Source: Candidatus Ventricola sp. (lineage in GTDB: Bacteria; Bacillota; Clostridia; Christensenellales; Aristaeellaceae). Taken from it: a stretch of 64,000 nt of DNA. The translations under genes were made by a program, and so were the position numbers. The notes under the pieces were generated by a model that was not told where the DNA came from, ran no database searches, and worked only from the letters and a program-made list of their open reading frames with translations. Positions 18,477 through 27,839 of the stretch are shown in pieces (positions within the stretch are counted from its first letter, which is position 1; every line of letters starts with the position of its first letter). The stretch lies in the NCBI GenBank assembly GCA_051883735.1, contig JBJEUH010000077.1:2043-66042 (forward strand). Reading direction: 5' to 3'.

Positions 18477-19625
18477 TCAGCCAACTTCCACAATCTCCGT
18501 CCCCTCAATCGCCGCGTCGATGAGCGCCTGCGCATCGAGCTTTTCCTCGGCCCTGCGCACCAGCTCCTTGCGCGGGTGCGTCGCCGGGTGCTTGGGCGTA
18601 AAGACGGTGCAGCAGTCCTCATACGGCAGGGACGAGGTTTCCATCGTGCCGATCTTCTCGGCACGCTCGATGATCTCGCTCTTGTCCATGCCCACGCACG
18701 GCCTGAAGACCGGCATGCTCACCACCTCGTCCGTACAGCCCAGCGCCTCCATCGTCTGGCTGGCCACCTGGCCGATGGACTCGCCGGTGATCAGCGCCTG
18801 CGCGCCGTCCTTGCGGGCCAGGATTTCGGCGATGCGCATCATGTAGCGGCGCATGATCAGCGTCGTGAAGTTCTCCGGGCACTTCTCGTGGATCTGCATC
18901 TGGATCTCGGTAAACGGCACGACGTACACGCGCATTTTGCCGCAGTACTCGCTCAGAATTCTCGCCAGCTCGAGCACCTTTTCCTTCGCGCGCTCGCTGG
19001 TGTACGGGAAGGAGTGATAGTGCACGCAGCACAGCTCCACGCCGCGCTTGGCGATCATGAAGCCCGCCACCGGGCTGTCGATGCCGCCGGAGAGGAGCAG
19101 GCAGGCCTTGCCGTTGGTGCCCATCGGCATGCCGCTGACCGCCATCGTGCGGTCCACGGACAGGTACGCCAGCTTGCGGATCTCGATGGTGATCTCGTGG
19201 TCCGGATGATTCACATCCACCTGCAGATGGGGCACATGATCGAGAATGTAGCCGCCGGCCTCGCGCATGATCGTCGGGGAATCCATCGGATACTGCTTGT
19301 CCGAGCGCTTGGCCAGCACCTTGAAGGTGCCGGTCTTCTTCTCCATCATCTTCGCCGCCTGCGCGCAGATGGCCTCGAAGCTGTCCTTCTCCATCTCGAT
19401 CGCCGGACTCACGGAATGCACGCCGAACACGCGGCTCACGCGGCGGATCGCCTCGTCCTGATCGGTGTAGTCGGACACATAGATGCGACCTTCGCTCAGC
19501 CAGACATGGCCGTGCACCTCCTGCACCGCCGCCTTCACATGATCGACCAGCTTGCGCAGAAAGAACGGGCGGTTCTGGCCCTTGAGGAACACCTCGCCGT
19601 AGCGAACCAGCAAAACCTCTCTCAC
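18477..19625 (-). CDS. thiI: tRNA 4-thiouridine synthase ThiI (short form, no rhodanese domain)
   Basis: 382 aa. THUMP domain and PP-loop SGGIDSPVAGF. GTG start after AGGAGGAG. Confidence 0.9.
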   Translation of the reverse strand: MREVLLVRYGEVFLKGQNRPFFLRKLVDHVKAAVQEVHGHVWLSEGRIYVSDYTDQDEAIRRVSRVFGVHSVSPAIEMEKDSFEAICAQAAKMMEKKTGTFKVLAKRSDKQYPMDSPTIMREAGGYILDHVPHLQVDVNHPDHEITIEIRKLAYLSVDRTMAVSGMPMGTNGKACLLLSGGIDSPVAGFMIAKRGVELCCVHYHSFPYTSERAKEKVLELARILSEYCGKMRVYVVPFTEIQMQIHEKCPENFTTLIMRRYMMRIAEILARKDGAQALITGESIGQVASQTMEALGCTDEVVSMPVFRPCVGMDKSEIIERAEKIGTMETSSLPYEDCCTVFTPKHPATHPRKELVRRAEEKLDAQALIDAAIEGTEIVEVG

Positions 19626-19628
19626 GGT

Positions 19629-20783
19629 TTATCTCCTCCTGTATCGGGCGAGCAGCGCCGCGATGGTGGCCATCTGCGCCGCCGCCTCGTCCATCTCGTC
19701 CATCGTGTTGAGCAGGCCCAGGCTGATGCGGATCGTGCCGTCCGCCTGCTCGCCCGTCAGGCCCATCGCCCGGAGCGTCCCGCTCACCTTCTGCTTGTGC
19801 GAGGCGCACGCAGAGCCGGTGGACACCAGCACGCCCGCGCCCTCCAGGGCATTGCGCATCACCTCGCCGCGCACGCCGTCAAAGGATACGCTGAGGATGT
19901 GCGGCGCGGCGTCCGCCTCGTCCGGCATCGGGCCGTTCACCCGCGCGCCCTCGATCTGCGACAGCCGCTGCCACAGCCGCGCCTTCATGGCGCGCATCCG
20001 TTCAATCCCGTCCCGGCTCTCCGCCATCTGCGCGACCGCCTGCCCAAGGCCCAGGATAGCCGGCGCGTTGTAGGTGCCTGAGCGCAGGTTCTTCTCCTGC
20101 CCGCCGCCCGTCAGCTGCGGCGCGAGGCGCACGCCCTTGCGCACGGCCAGCGCGCCCACGCCCTTCGGGCCGTGAATCTTGTGGCCGCTGAGCGCATACA
20201 TGTCCACGCCCATTTTGCCCATGTGCATCGGCACGCGCATGAAGCCCTGCACGCCGTCCACATGCACGCGCACCTTCGGGCTGATCGCGTGCGCGAGCGC
20301 CGACAGCGCCTCGATGGGCTGGATGGCGCCGGTCTCGTTGCTCACCTGCATGCAGGAGACGAGCGCCGTGTTTTCGTCGATCACGTCCCTCGCGGCCTCC
20401 AGGTCCACCAGGCCCCGGCGGTCAATCGGCAGCACGCGCACCTCGATGCCCAGGCGCTCCACGCGGCGGATCGTCTCGCTCACCGCCGGATGCTCGATCG
20501 CGCTGCACACGAAGTTCGCCCCGCTCCCGTGCAGCGTCCCGGCATAGCCCAGGATCGCCAGGTTGTCGCTCTCCGTGCCGCCGGAGGTAAAGAGAATCTC
20601 ATCCTCCTGCGCGCCCAGCTGGGCGGCGATGAGCCTGCGGCAGACGCGCATCCGGCGATCCACATCCACCGCGGGCTTGTACGCGGCGGACGGGTTGAAA
20701 TACGCCTCGCGCATGCAGGCGTCCATCGCGTCGATCACGCTGTCAAACGGGCGCGTCGTCGCGCTGTTGTCCAGATAAATCAA
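19629..20783 (-). CDS. nifS: Cysteine desulfurase (NifS/NifZ type)
   Basis: 384 aa. PLP-lysine motif SGHKIHGPKG and active-site loop STGSACAS. Paired with thiI as in Bacillus nifZ-thiI. Confidence 0.9.
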   Translation of the reverse strand: MIYLDNSATTRPFDSVIDAMDACMREAYFNPSAAYKPAVDVDRRMRVCRRLIAAQLGAQEDEILFTSGGTESDNLAILGYAGTLHGSGANFVCSAIEHPAVSETIRRVERLGIEVRVLPIDRRGLVDLEAARDVIDENTALVSCMQVSNETGAIQPIEALSALAHAISPKVRVHVDGVQGFMRVPMHMGKMGVDMYALSGHKIHGPKGVGALAVRKGVRLAPQLTGGGQEKNLRSGTYNAPAILGLGQAVAQMAESRDGIERMRAMKARLWQRLSQIEGARVNGPMPDEADAAPHILSVSFDGVRGEVMRNALEGAGVLVSTGSACASHKQKVSGTLRAMGLTGEQADGTIRISLGLLNTMDEMDEAAAQMATIAALLARYRRR

Positions 20784-20929
20784 AGCGTTCCCCTCTTTAA
20801 CCAGATCTCAAACCGTCAAAGCGCCGTCAGCCCCGCGGCTTTTCGCCCGAGGCCGACGCTTTGCAAATCGAACGACATAACAAATCTCCAGTACGGCCAG
20901 GCCATGCTGGAGACTCGGGTTTCATCCGT

Positions 20930-21460
20930 TCAGCCCTGATACACGCCGGCCGGTAGATAACGGCGGATCATCCCCACCATCTCCTCGCTCGGCTCGATGA
21001 TGATCATGTTCTTCTGGTTCTCCTTCACATAGTAGAAGTAGAACAGATTGCCGTCCCGGTTGAGGAACCAGTTGCGGCGCTTCACATCCTTCATCGCCAG
21101 GAATTTGCGGAAGCTGTCGTGCGCCACATGGCCGCAGGCGGAGACGTTCGCCACGTTCATGCTGCCCAGCTCCTTGCGCTTGGCGCCGTGCATGACCTTG
21201 GCAAAGTCGAGCGAGCCGTTGGTGAAGGCGTACTCATACTCGATCTTGAAGTTGTCCTTGACAAAGAACATCAGCACCGCCGCGCCAATGCTCAGAAGCG
21301 TCATGAGCACCGTTCCCACATTGAAGGAAACGATCAGCACCTGCAGCATCAGCAGGCCGTACAGGCCAAAGACCACCAGAAACACCCAGCACAGCACATA
21401 CAGCACATTGCCCAGCAGATTATTGCGGCTGACGACGACGTCCTCCTTAAAGCAATCCAT
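20930..21460 (-). CDS. Hypothetical two-TM membrane protein
   Basis: 177 aa from MDCFKEDV, which has a GGAGGAA SD 9 nt upstream. Two TM helices then a beta-rich cytoplasmic domain. No family recognised with confidence. Confidence 0.55.
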   Translation of the reverse strand: MDCFKEDVVVSRNNLLGNVLYVLCWVFLVVFGLYGLLMLQVLIVSFNVGTVLMTLLSIGAAVLMFFVKDNFKIEYEYAFTNGSLDFAKVMHGAKRKELGSMNVANVSACGHVAHDSFRKFLAMKDVKRRNWFLNRDGNLFYFYYVKENQKNMIIIEPSEEMVGMIRRYLPAGVYQG

Positions 21461-21632
21461 CACAGAAAATTCCTCCATCATCAGGGTGGCTTCATTATAC
21501 CACCAAAGCCCTGCAGAGGACAAGACCCTACGCGCGACTTCGGCCTTCTTTTGCGCCGGTCAAAAGCAGGACTTTGGGCGAAACAGCGCGAATAGAGTGA
21601 TGTTACACTATGCTTCGGAGGTTGTTCAGGAA

Positions 21633-23657
21633 ATGAAATGTCCCAAGTGCGGCGCATGGAACGCGGCGTATCTGCCCAAGTGCACCCGCTGCGGCGCGCC
21701 GCTTGAAGAGAATATACAGAAGCAGCAGCTCCCCTGGGAGGAGGCCATGCACAAAAAGAAGCCCTCGCTTCAGGTCGTGCAGTTTGATCCCGAGGACGAC
21801 ACGCCCGTGCTCCCCACGGCCAGCGGGGACGAAGCGTTTGATCCGGACGATCTCGACCGCGCCGGTCTCGCCGACGAGATCGAGGCGCTCAAGGCCCGAC
21901 GCGAGGAGGGCAGCCGCCGCCTCGCCCAGATGAAGGATCAGGCAGGCCGCGTGCGCCGCTCCATCCAGGAGGCGCAGATCGTCCGCCCCGTGCCGGAGGC
22001 CAGCGACCGCCCGGCCTACGACGGCGACAGCGTGGTCATCCGCCGCCGCCAGCAGGCGCGTCAGGCGCAGTATGCCGAGAACCTGCGTGAGGACGAACCG
22101 CAGCAGGAGGAGGCCGCCGCCGCGCCGGGCGGCTACGAGAGCTACGGCTACTTTGGCGATTCCGCCGAGCCCCCGCTGACCTATGTGGACGACGACGCCG
22201 ACGCGCCCATCTATTACGACGGCTACACGCCGGACTCCGGCGATCAGGGCGCGCTGACGGACAAGGAATACATGCCCCGCCGCATCCAGACCCGCACCGC
22301 ACGCGAGGACGCCTACGAGGTGCTGGGCACGGGCAAGCGCAAAAAGAACCGCGCCGCAAGGCTCGTGCTGACGCTGCTCGTCGTGCTCGTGTGCTGCGCG
22401 CTGGTCGGCGCGGGCGGCGTTCTGGCGGCGCGCCACTTCGTGCTCTCCCAGGGCATGCAGGTTCGCAGGGACAACGAGACGAATATCGTCGTCAGCGAGA
22501 CCACGGTCGACGGCATGCCCGCCCACACGCTGACCATCTACGGCAAGGAGAACGCGACCGTCTACCTGCGCGAGATGCAGTCCACCTACGTCATCGCGGA
22601 CGGCAAGGTCGAGGTGACCGTGCCGGACTACATGTGGTACGACACGGAGTCCTCCACCTATGCCACGCCGGTGGAGACCGACACGATGGACGTGACCATC
22701 ACCCCGTTCATCCGCTATTCTCAGGAGGGCGACCAGTACCAGCTCGATCCCATCGAGTTCACCGTCGACGTGCCGCTCTCCCCGATCTATCTGCTCAAGC
22801 CGACGACCATGCACGCGGAGGTCGGCGTATCCATCTATGAGGTGAGCATCAACGTGCAGAAGGGCTCCACCGTCATCATCGACGGCACGAATGTCTCCAC
22901 CCTCATCCGCGAGACCGGCAACGTCTCCAAAAACGTGCAGGTGCTGCCCGTGGGCGACAACACCATCTCCATCTCCGTCAAGAGCAAATACTGCCGGGAG
23001 AACAAGATGGAGGTGACGCTCTACCGCGCGCCGCAGGAAATCCCGCTGGAGCTGGACGCGACGGTTCTGGTCGAGTGGAACTACGAGCCCATCACCAACG
23101 AAAAATATGAGGCGGCGACCGAGGAGGAGCGCGCCGCGATGCAGCGCCCGTCCATCAGCGGCTCCACGCTGCCGGGCGCGACCATCACCGTCGAATTCCC
23201 GCACGAAAACCTCAAGGTCGATCCCGCGACCGGCAGCTTCAGCTTCACCCCGCTGTTCTCCAAGCTGGGCAACAACGACGTGGTCATCCGCGCCTCCTAT
23301 GAGGGCAAGGCGGATTCCGTCATCACCCACACGGTCTACTACATGCCCAACGCGGACATCTACACCCGCCGCGCGTGGGATCTGGATTCCCAGTACACTG
23401 ACCTGATCAACTACATCAACATCCGCAAGGGCACGATCTACACCGGCACGGGCACGGTCGAGCGCATCATCAGCACCACGCCGCAGATGGCCATCATGAA
23501 CATCGGCTCGGAGACGTTTGAAAAGCTGGTCATGATCGAAAACAGCTCAAAGACGACCTGGGAAGTCGGCACAAAGTACAAGATTTACGGCGACGCCTAC
23601 GGCCTGTACGACAACATGCCGCGCCTCACCGTCCGCTACACCTATCTCGCCGAATAA
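21633..23657 (+). CDS. Zinc-ribbon / single-TM / beta-rich extracytoplasmic protein, function unknown
   Basis: 674 aa. N-terminal CPKCGAWN...CTRCGAP zinc ribbon, about 200 aa acidic/Arg-rich disordered linker, TM helice LVLTLLVVLVCCALVGAGGVLAA, about 420 aa beta-rich C-terminus. GGAGG SD. The upstream 195 codons of the track ORF are antisense to the neighbouring gene. Confidence 0.7.
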   Translation: MKCPKCGAWNAAYLPKCTRCGAPLEENIQKQQLPWEEAMHKKKPSLQVVQFDPEDDTPVLPTASGDEAFDPDDLDRAGLADEIEALKARREEGSRRLAQMKDQAGRVRRSIQEAQIVRPVPEASDRPAYDGDSVVIRRRQQARQAQYAENLREDEPQQEEAAAAPGGYESYGYFGDSAEPPLTYVDDDADAPIYYDGYTPDSGDQGALTDKEYMPRRIQTRTAREDAYEVLGTGKRKKNRAARLVLTLLVVLVCCALVGAGGVLAARHFVLSQGMQVRRDNETNIVVSETTVDGMPAHTLTIYGKENATVYLREMQSTYVIADGKVEVTVPDYMWYDTESSTYATPVETDTMDVTITPFIRYSQEGDQYQLDPIEFTVDVPLSPIYLLKPTTMHAEVGVSIYEVSINVQKGSTVIIDGTNVSTLIRETGNVSKNVQVLPVGDNTISISVKSKYCRENKMEVTLYRAPQEIPLELDATVLVEWNYEPITNEKYEAATEEERAAMQRPSISGSTLPGATITVEFPHENLKVDPATGSFSFTPLFSKLGNNDVVIRASYEGKADSVITHTVYYMPNADIYTRRAWDLDSQYTDLINYINIRKGTIYTGTGTVERIISTTPQMAIMNIGSETFEKLVMIENSSKTTWEVGTKYKIYGDAYGLYDNMPRLTVRYTYLAE

Positions 23658-23665
23658 TCAGTCAA

Positions 23666-23696
23666 AAACAGCTTCCGAGTCCCGGAAGCTGTTTTC
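23666..23696 (+). terminator. Intrinsic terminator
   Basis: AACAGCTTCCG-AGTCC-CGGAAGCTGTT followed by TTTCCC, just after the stop at 23657. Confidence 0.65.
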
Positions 23697-23725
23697 CCAT
23701 GGAGAACCTGTACGGAGAAACATGT

Positions 23726-24949
23726 ATGCAGCATCTTCTTGACAGCATGCGCTTCCTGTGCGACGAAACGCGCATGCTTTCCGGCCTCACCGTCGTCTAC
23801 GGCACCAGCCGGGAGAGCGAGTCGGCGCTCTATGGCCGCGCGCAGGAGGCCGCGCTTGAAAACGGGCAGTTCGTCCCCTGCGAGCGCCCGCTCGAGGCGC
23901 GCAGCATCTTCGACCTCGCGTCGCTGACCAAGCTCTTCACCTCGGTGATGACGATGATCCTCGTGGAGCGCGGAGCGCTCCGCCTAGACGAGTATGTCGG
24001 CGAAATCGACGCACGCTTTGCGCATCTGAGCGGTGTAACCGTCTTTGATACGCTGTGCTACCGCGTCTGCCTGCAGACGCCCGGCCGGATTGACGGCGCG
24101 CCCAGCCGCGACGAGGGGCTGCGCCGCCTCTTTGACGTGCGCGTCGCGCCCTCGCCCGCCGTGCGCATCTATTCGGACATCAACGCCATGGTGATCAAAT
24201 ATGTGATCGAGGCCAAAACCGGCCTGCCGTTTTACGATGCGATCAGGACATTCATCCTTGCGCCCGCCGGAATGCGCGAGACGTATGCCGCCGTGCCGGA
24301 GGAGGAAAAGCCACGCTGCGTCTGCTACAATTACGAGCACCGCATCGCGGGCGACCGCTACATCCTGCGCACGGACACGCCGCCGGGCACGCCGCACGAT
24401 CCCAAGGCGCTGCTGCTGTCGGAGGGCGGCCAGGATCTCTGCGGCCACGCGGGGCTGTTCTCCACCCGGCAGGACATGGCGCGCTTTGCGCAGGCGCTGC
24501 TGTGCGGCGAGCTCATTTCGCGCGCGTCGCTCGAGGCGATCGCCACGGACCGCACGCTGCGCCGAAACGCGGACGGCACCTACCGCCAGCCGCTGGGCTT
24601 TCTGTGCTTCACCAAGCATCCCGAGCAGCGTCTCAGTGAGGTGCCCGCGTACATGGGCGCGCACGCGCTGGGCATCAGCGGCTTCACCGGCAATCATCTG
24701 GCGCTCGATCCGGAGCTGGATTGCTTCGAGGTGTTTCTGGGCAACCGCTGTCACGCCCGCGTCTCGCACATCACGCCGCCGGACGGCGTGGCGCTCTCCC
24801 ATTACGGGCTTGACGAAAAAGGCGCGGGCCTCGTTCCCTGGCCGGACGGCCGGAAGGTGCCCACGTCTGCAAAATATGTGTATTTGAAGGACGCATGCCT
24901 GCACGAACCCATCGCGCAGCGCATGCGCCGCCTGGGATGGCTCGCGTAA
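23726..24949 (+). CDS. Serine hydrolase, beta-lactamase/transpeptidase-like family
   Basis: 407 aa with the SxxK motif (ASLTKLFT) about 70 aa from the N-terminus. Start at MQHLL after GGAGAA. Confidence 0.8.
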   Translation: MQHLLDSMRFLCDETRMLSGLTVVYGTSRESESALYGRAQEAALENGQFVPCERPLEARSIFDLASLTKLFTSVMTMILVERGALRLDEYVGEIDARFAHLSGVTVFDTLCYRVCLQTPGRIDGAPSRDEGLRRLFDVRVAPSPAVRIYSDINAMVIKYVIEAKTGLPFYDAIRTFILAPAGMRETYAAVPEEEKPRCVCYNYEHRIAGDRYILRTDTPPGTPHDPKALLLSEGGQDLCGHAGLFSTRQDMARFAQALLCGELISRASLEAIATDRTLRRNADGTYRQPLGFLCFTKHPEQRLSEVPAYMGAHALGISGFTGNHLALDPELDCFEVFLGNRCHARVSHITPPDGVALSHYGLDEKGAGLVPWPDGRKVPTSAKYVYLKDACLHEPIAQRMRRLGWLA

Positions 24950-24965
24950 GACGCGGGCCTTTTTT
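24939..24965 (+). terminator. Intrinsic terminator overlapping the stop codon
   Basis: GGCTCGCG-TAAGA-CGCGGGCC followed by TTTTTT. Confidence 0.55.
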
Positions 24966-24989
24966 GGGCTGCCGCCTAAATCTGTTCTC

Positions 24990-25066
24990 GGGGACGCCGT
25001 CCCCGAACCCCTGCTGGGGATTTCATCCCCAGACCCCTTCTTCGCTCCGCGGCGCTCAGCCGAAGC
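24990..25066 (+). repeat. Hairpin repeat family R, copy 1
   Basis: CCCCGAACCCC, hairpin CTGGGGA-TTTCA-TCCCCAG, ACCCCTTCTTCGCTCCGC...CCGAAG. Aligns with 46432-46504. Confidence 0.5.
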
Positions 25067-25072
25067 ATTGCG

Positions 25073-26335
25073 TCAGAACTTGAAATCCGTGAAATCGAAC
25101 GTCGCGAAATAGTCCGCGGGCGTTTCCGCGCGGCGGATCAGCTTCGCGCTGCCGTCCTCCTGAAGGAGGATTTCCGCGCTGCGCAGCTTGCCGTTGTAGT
25201 TGTAGCCCATGGAGAAGCCGTGCGCGCCGGTGTCGTGGATGTAGAGCAGGTCGCCGCGGTCGATCTTCGGCAGTCTGCGGTCGATGGCAAACTTGTCGTT
25301 GTTCTCGCACAGGCTGCCCACCACGTCGTAGACGTGATCGCAGGGCGCATGCTCCTTGCCCAGCACGGTGATGTGATGGTATGCGCCGTACATCGCCGGG
25401 CGCATGAGGTTGCAGGCGCAGGCGTCCACGCCGATGTACTCCTTGTAGGTGTGCTTCTCGTGGCGGGCGGTCGTCACCAGCGCGCCGTTGGAGGCGAGCA
25501 TGAAGCGGCCCAGCTCCGTGCACAGGCGCACGTCGCCCATGCCCGCCGGCACGAGCACCTCCTCATACGCCTTGCGCACGCCCTCGCCGATCGCTGCGAT
25601 GTCGTTCTCCTCCTCCTCCGGGCGGTACGCGATGCCCACGCCGCCGGAGAGGTTGATCAGCGCGATATGCGCGCCGGTCTCGCGGTGCAGCTCCACCGCC
25701 GTCTCAAACAGAATGCGCGCCAGCATCGGATAGTAGGCGTTGGTCAGCGTGTTGGACGCCAGGAACGCGTGCAGGCCAAAGTGCTTTGCGCCCTTCTGCA
25801 TCAGCGTCCGGTAGGCCTGCGCGAGCTGCGCGCGGGTCATGCCGTACTTGGCGTCCTTGGGCTGATCCATGATCCTGTTGCCGATGGCAAACTCTCCGCC
25901 AGGATTGAAGCGGCAGGACACCAGCTCCGGGACGCCGCCGCAGCCCTCCTCCAGCGTCTCAATCAGCGTGTAATCGTCCAGATTGATGATGCCCTCCAGG
26001 CTGTCCGCCAGCGCGAATTCGCTCGCCTCCGTCTCGTTGGAGGAGAACATGATCTCCTCGCCGTGAAAGCCGCAGGCGCGAGCAAGCATCAGCTCGGTGT
26101 CCGAGGAGCAGTCCACGCCGCAGCCTTCCTCGCGCAGGATGCTCAGGATGAACGGGTTGGGCGTCGCCTTCACGGCGAAGTATTCCCTAAAGCCCCTGTT
26201 CCAGGCGAACGCCTTGTTCAGCGCGCGGGCCGTGCGGCGGATGCCCGCCTCGTCATAGATATGAAACGGCGTGGGAAATTCTCCGGCAATCTCCTTCGCC
26301 TGTTCAAGCGTGATAAACGGTTTCTTCTCGCTCAT
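25073..26335 (-). CDS. Type III PLP-dependent decarboxylase, diaminopimelate-decarboxylase-like
   Basis: 420 aa. PLP-lysine context YFAVKATPNP, TIM-barrel plus beta-sandwich layout, and C-terminal ...GAHGFSMGYNYNG. Assigning lysA versus a polyamine-pathway decarboxylase needs a search. Confidence 0.8.
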   Translation of the reverse strand: MSEKKPFITLEQAKEIAGEFPTPFHIYDEAGIRRTARALNKAFAWNRGFREYFAVKATPNPFILSILREEGCGVDCSSDTELMLARACGFHGEEIMFSSNETEASEFALADSLEGIINLDDYTLIETLEEGCGGVPELVSCRFNPGGEFAIGNRIMDQPKDAKYGMTRAQLAQAYRTLMQKGAKHFGLHAFLASNTLTNAYYPMLARILFETAVELHRETGAHIALINLSGGVGIAYRPEEEENDIAAIGEGVRKAYEEVLVPAGMGDVRLCTELGRFMLASNGALVTTARHEKHTYKEYIGVDACACNLMRPAMYGAYHHITVLGKEHAPCDHVYDVVGSLCENNDKFAIDRRLPKIDRGDLLYIHDTGAHGFSMGYNYNGKLRSAEILLQEDGSAKLIRRAETPADYFATFDFTDFKF

Positions 26336-26390
26336 ATGTACGCCTCTTTCCCCCGCCGGGCGGGCAGGGATATGAAAAATTACATTCCCC

Positions 26391-26419
26391 ACTATACAGA
26401 TGCATCGTTCCCTTGTCAA
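26391..26419 (-). promoter_or_regulatory. Sigma-A-type promoter of the decarboxylase gene
   Basis: Minus strand reads TTGACA-17 nt-TATAGT, about 55 nt upstream of the ATG. Confidence 0.6.
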
Positions 26420-26451
26420 GATCAAAGATCAGGAAAATAAGGAGAGGCGCG

Positions 26452-26898
26452 TCATCCGCGTCTCTCCTCAAAAAAGCCGTCAAGGATTTCCTGGCATTCG
26501 TCCTCGAGCAGGCCGCCCATGCACGCAATCCGTCTGCCGAACGCCGGGTCCTCCGGAATGGCATAGACGCTGCCCGCGCAGCCGGCCGTCCCGTCCGCCG
26601 CGCCGTAGTAGACGCCGCCCAGCTCCGCCATCACGATCGCACCCGCGCACATGGGACACGGCTCCAGCGTCACATACAGCGTGCAGTCTGTCAGCCGCCG
26701 GCGGCCGAGCCGCTTCGCCGCGCGCCGGATGGCCAGCACCTCGGCGTGCGCCGTGGGATCGCCCGTCGCCTCGCGCTCGTTGTGTGCCGAGGCGACCGCC
26801 TCGCCGTCGCAGACCACGACCGCGCCGACCGGCACCTCGCCCAGCTCAAGCGCCCGCTTCGCCTCCTCCAGCGCCAGGCGCATGTACTGCGCGCGCAC
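26452..26898 (-). CDS. tadA: tRNA adenosine(34) deaminase
   Basis: 148 aa. Zinc motifs HAEVLAIR and PCPMCAGA. Confidence 0.9.
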   Translation of the reverse strand: MRAQYMRLALEEAKRALELGEVPVGAVVVCDGEAVASAHNEREATGDPTAHAEVLAIRRAAKRLGRRRLTDCTLYVTLEPCPMCAGAIVMAELGGVYYGAADGTAGCAGSVYAIPEDPAFGRRIACMGGLLEDECQEILDGFFEERRG

Positions 26899-26899
26899 C

Positions 26900-27772
26900 T
26901 CAGCCCCTGTCCTTCCCTCTGAAGAATACCGCTACCGTGCCCGGGCCGGAATGGCTGCCGATGACCGGGCCGACCTGGCTGAGCACGATCTTCTCCGGAT
27001 CGCAGCCGACCATCTCCACCAGCTTCTGCTTGACGAACAGCGCGTCCTCCTCGCAGTCGCCGTGGCTGATGAAGACCATCTGATCCTTCGCGCCCTCCAG
27101 CTCGATCATCTTCTGCACCATGGCCTTGAGCGCCTGATGGCGTCCGCGCACCTTGCTGCGCGCGATCAGCTTGCCCTCCTCGTTCACATGCAGCACCGGC
27201 TTGATGCTGAGCATGGAGCCGAAGAACGCCGCGGACGGCGAGCAGCGACCGCCGCGCTTCAGGAAATTCAGATCGTCCACCGTGAACCAGGACGCGTAAT
27301 TCTGGATGCGCGCGCTGATCCACGCCGCGTTCTCATGAATGTCCATGCCCGCGTCCCGGTTGCAAAGCGCGTCGCAGACCATCATGCCCTGGCCCGCGCT
27401 GGCATTGAGCGTGTCGATCACCTCGATCACCGCGTCCGGGATCTCCTCCAGCACCATATCGCGCGCCAGGCAGGCGGAGGCGTATGTGCCGGAGAGACCG
27501 GAGGAGAAGACCAGGCACAGCACCTGTTCCCCGTTTTTCACATGCTTCAAAAAGACCTCCTGCCACTGCGCCGGCGGAACCTGCGAGGTCGTGCTCGTCT
27601 CGCCCGCGCGCAGGCGGTCGTAATACGCGTGCACCGCCGCCTCGTCGTCGATGGGCTGCGGCTTCGTCTCGCCGCCCATGGTGTAGCACAGTGGCACAAT
27701 TTCAAACTGCTCGTACGCCTTGATGAACTTCGGATTCAGGTCGCAGCAGGAATCCGTGATGATCGTATACAT
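26900..27772 (-). CDS. DegV family fatty-acid-binding protein
   Basis: 290 aa beginning MYTIITDSCCDL, with SSGLSGTY and a typical DegV C-terminal half. Confidence 0.85.
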   Translation of the reverse strand: MYTIITDSCCDLNPKFIKAYEQFEIVPLCYTMGGETKPQPIDDEAAVHAYYDRLRAGETSTTSQVPPAQWQEVFLKHVKNGEQVLCLVFSSGLSGTYASACLARDMVLEEIPDAVIEVIDTLNASAGQGMMVCDALCNRDAGMDIHENAAWISARIQNYASWFTVDDLNFLKRGGRCSPSAAFFGSMLSIKPVLHVNEEGKLIARSKVRGRHQALKAMVQKMIELEGAKDQMVFISHGDCEEDALFVKQKLVEMVGCDPEKIVLSQVGPVIGSHSGPGTVAVFFRGKDRG

Positions 27773-27839
27773 GAATATTCCTCCCCTGTCATACGCTGCG
27801 TATCGTATCGAATGGTGTTTGCGCCGCAGGTATGCTGTT

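Noticed and set aside
26336-26390. Lysine riboswitch (L-box) upstream of the DAP-decarboxylase-like gene.
   Set aside because: The leader downstream of the promoter is only about 55 nt, far too short for an L-box, and no conserved L-box elements were seen.
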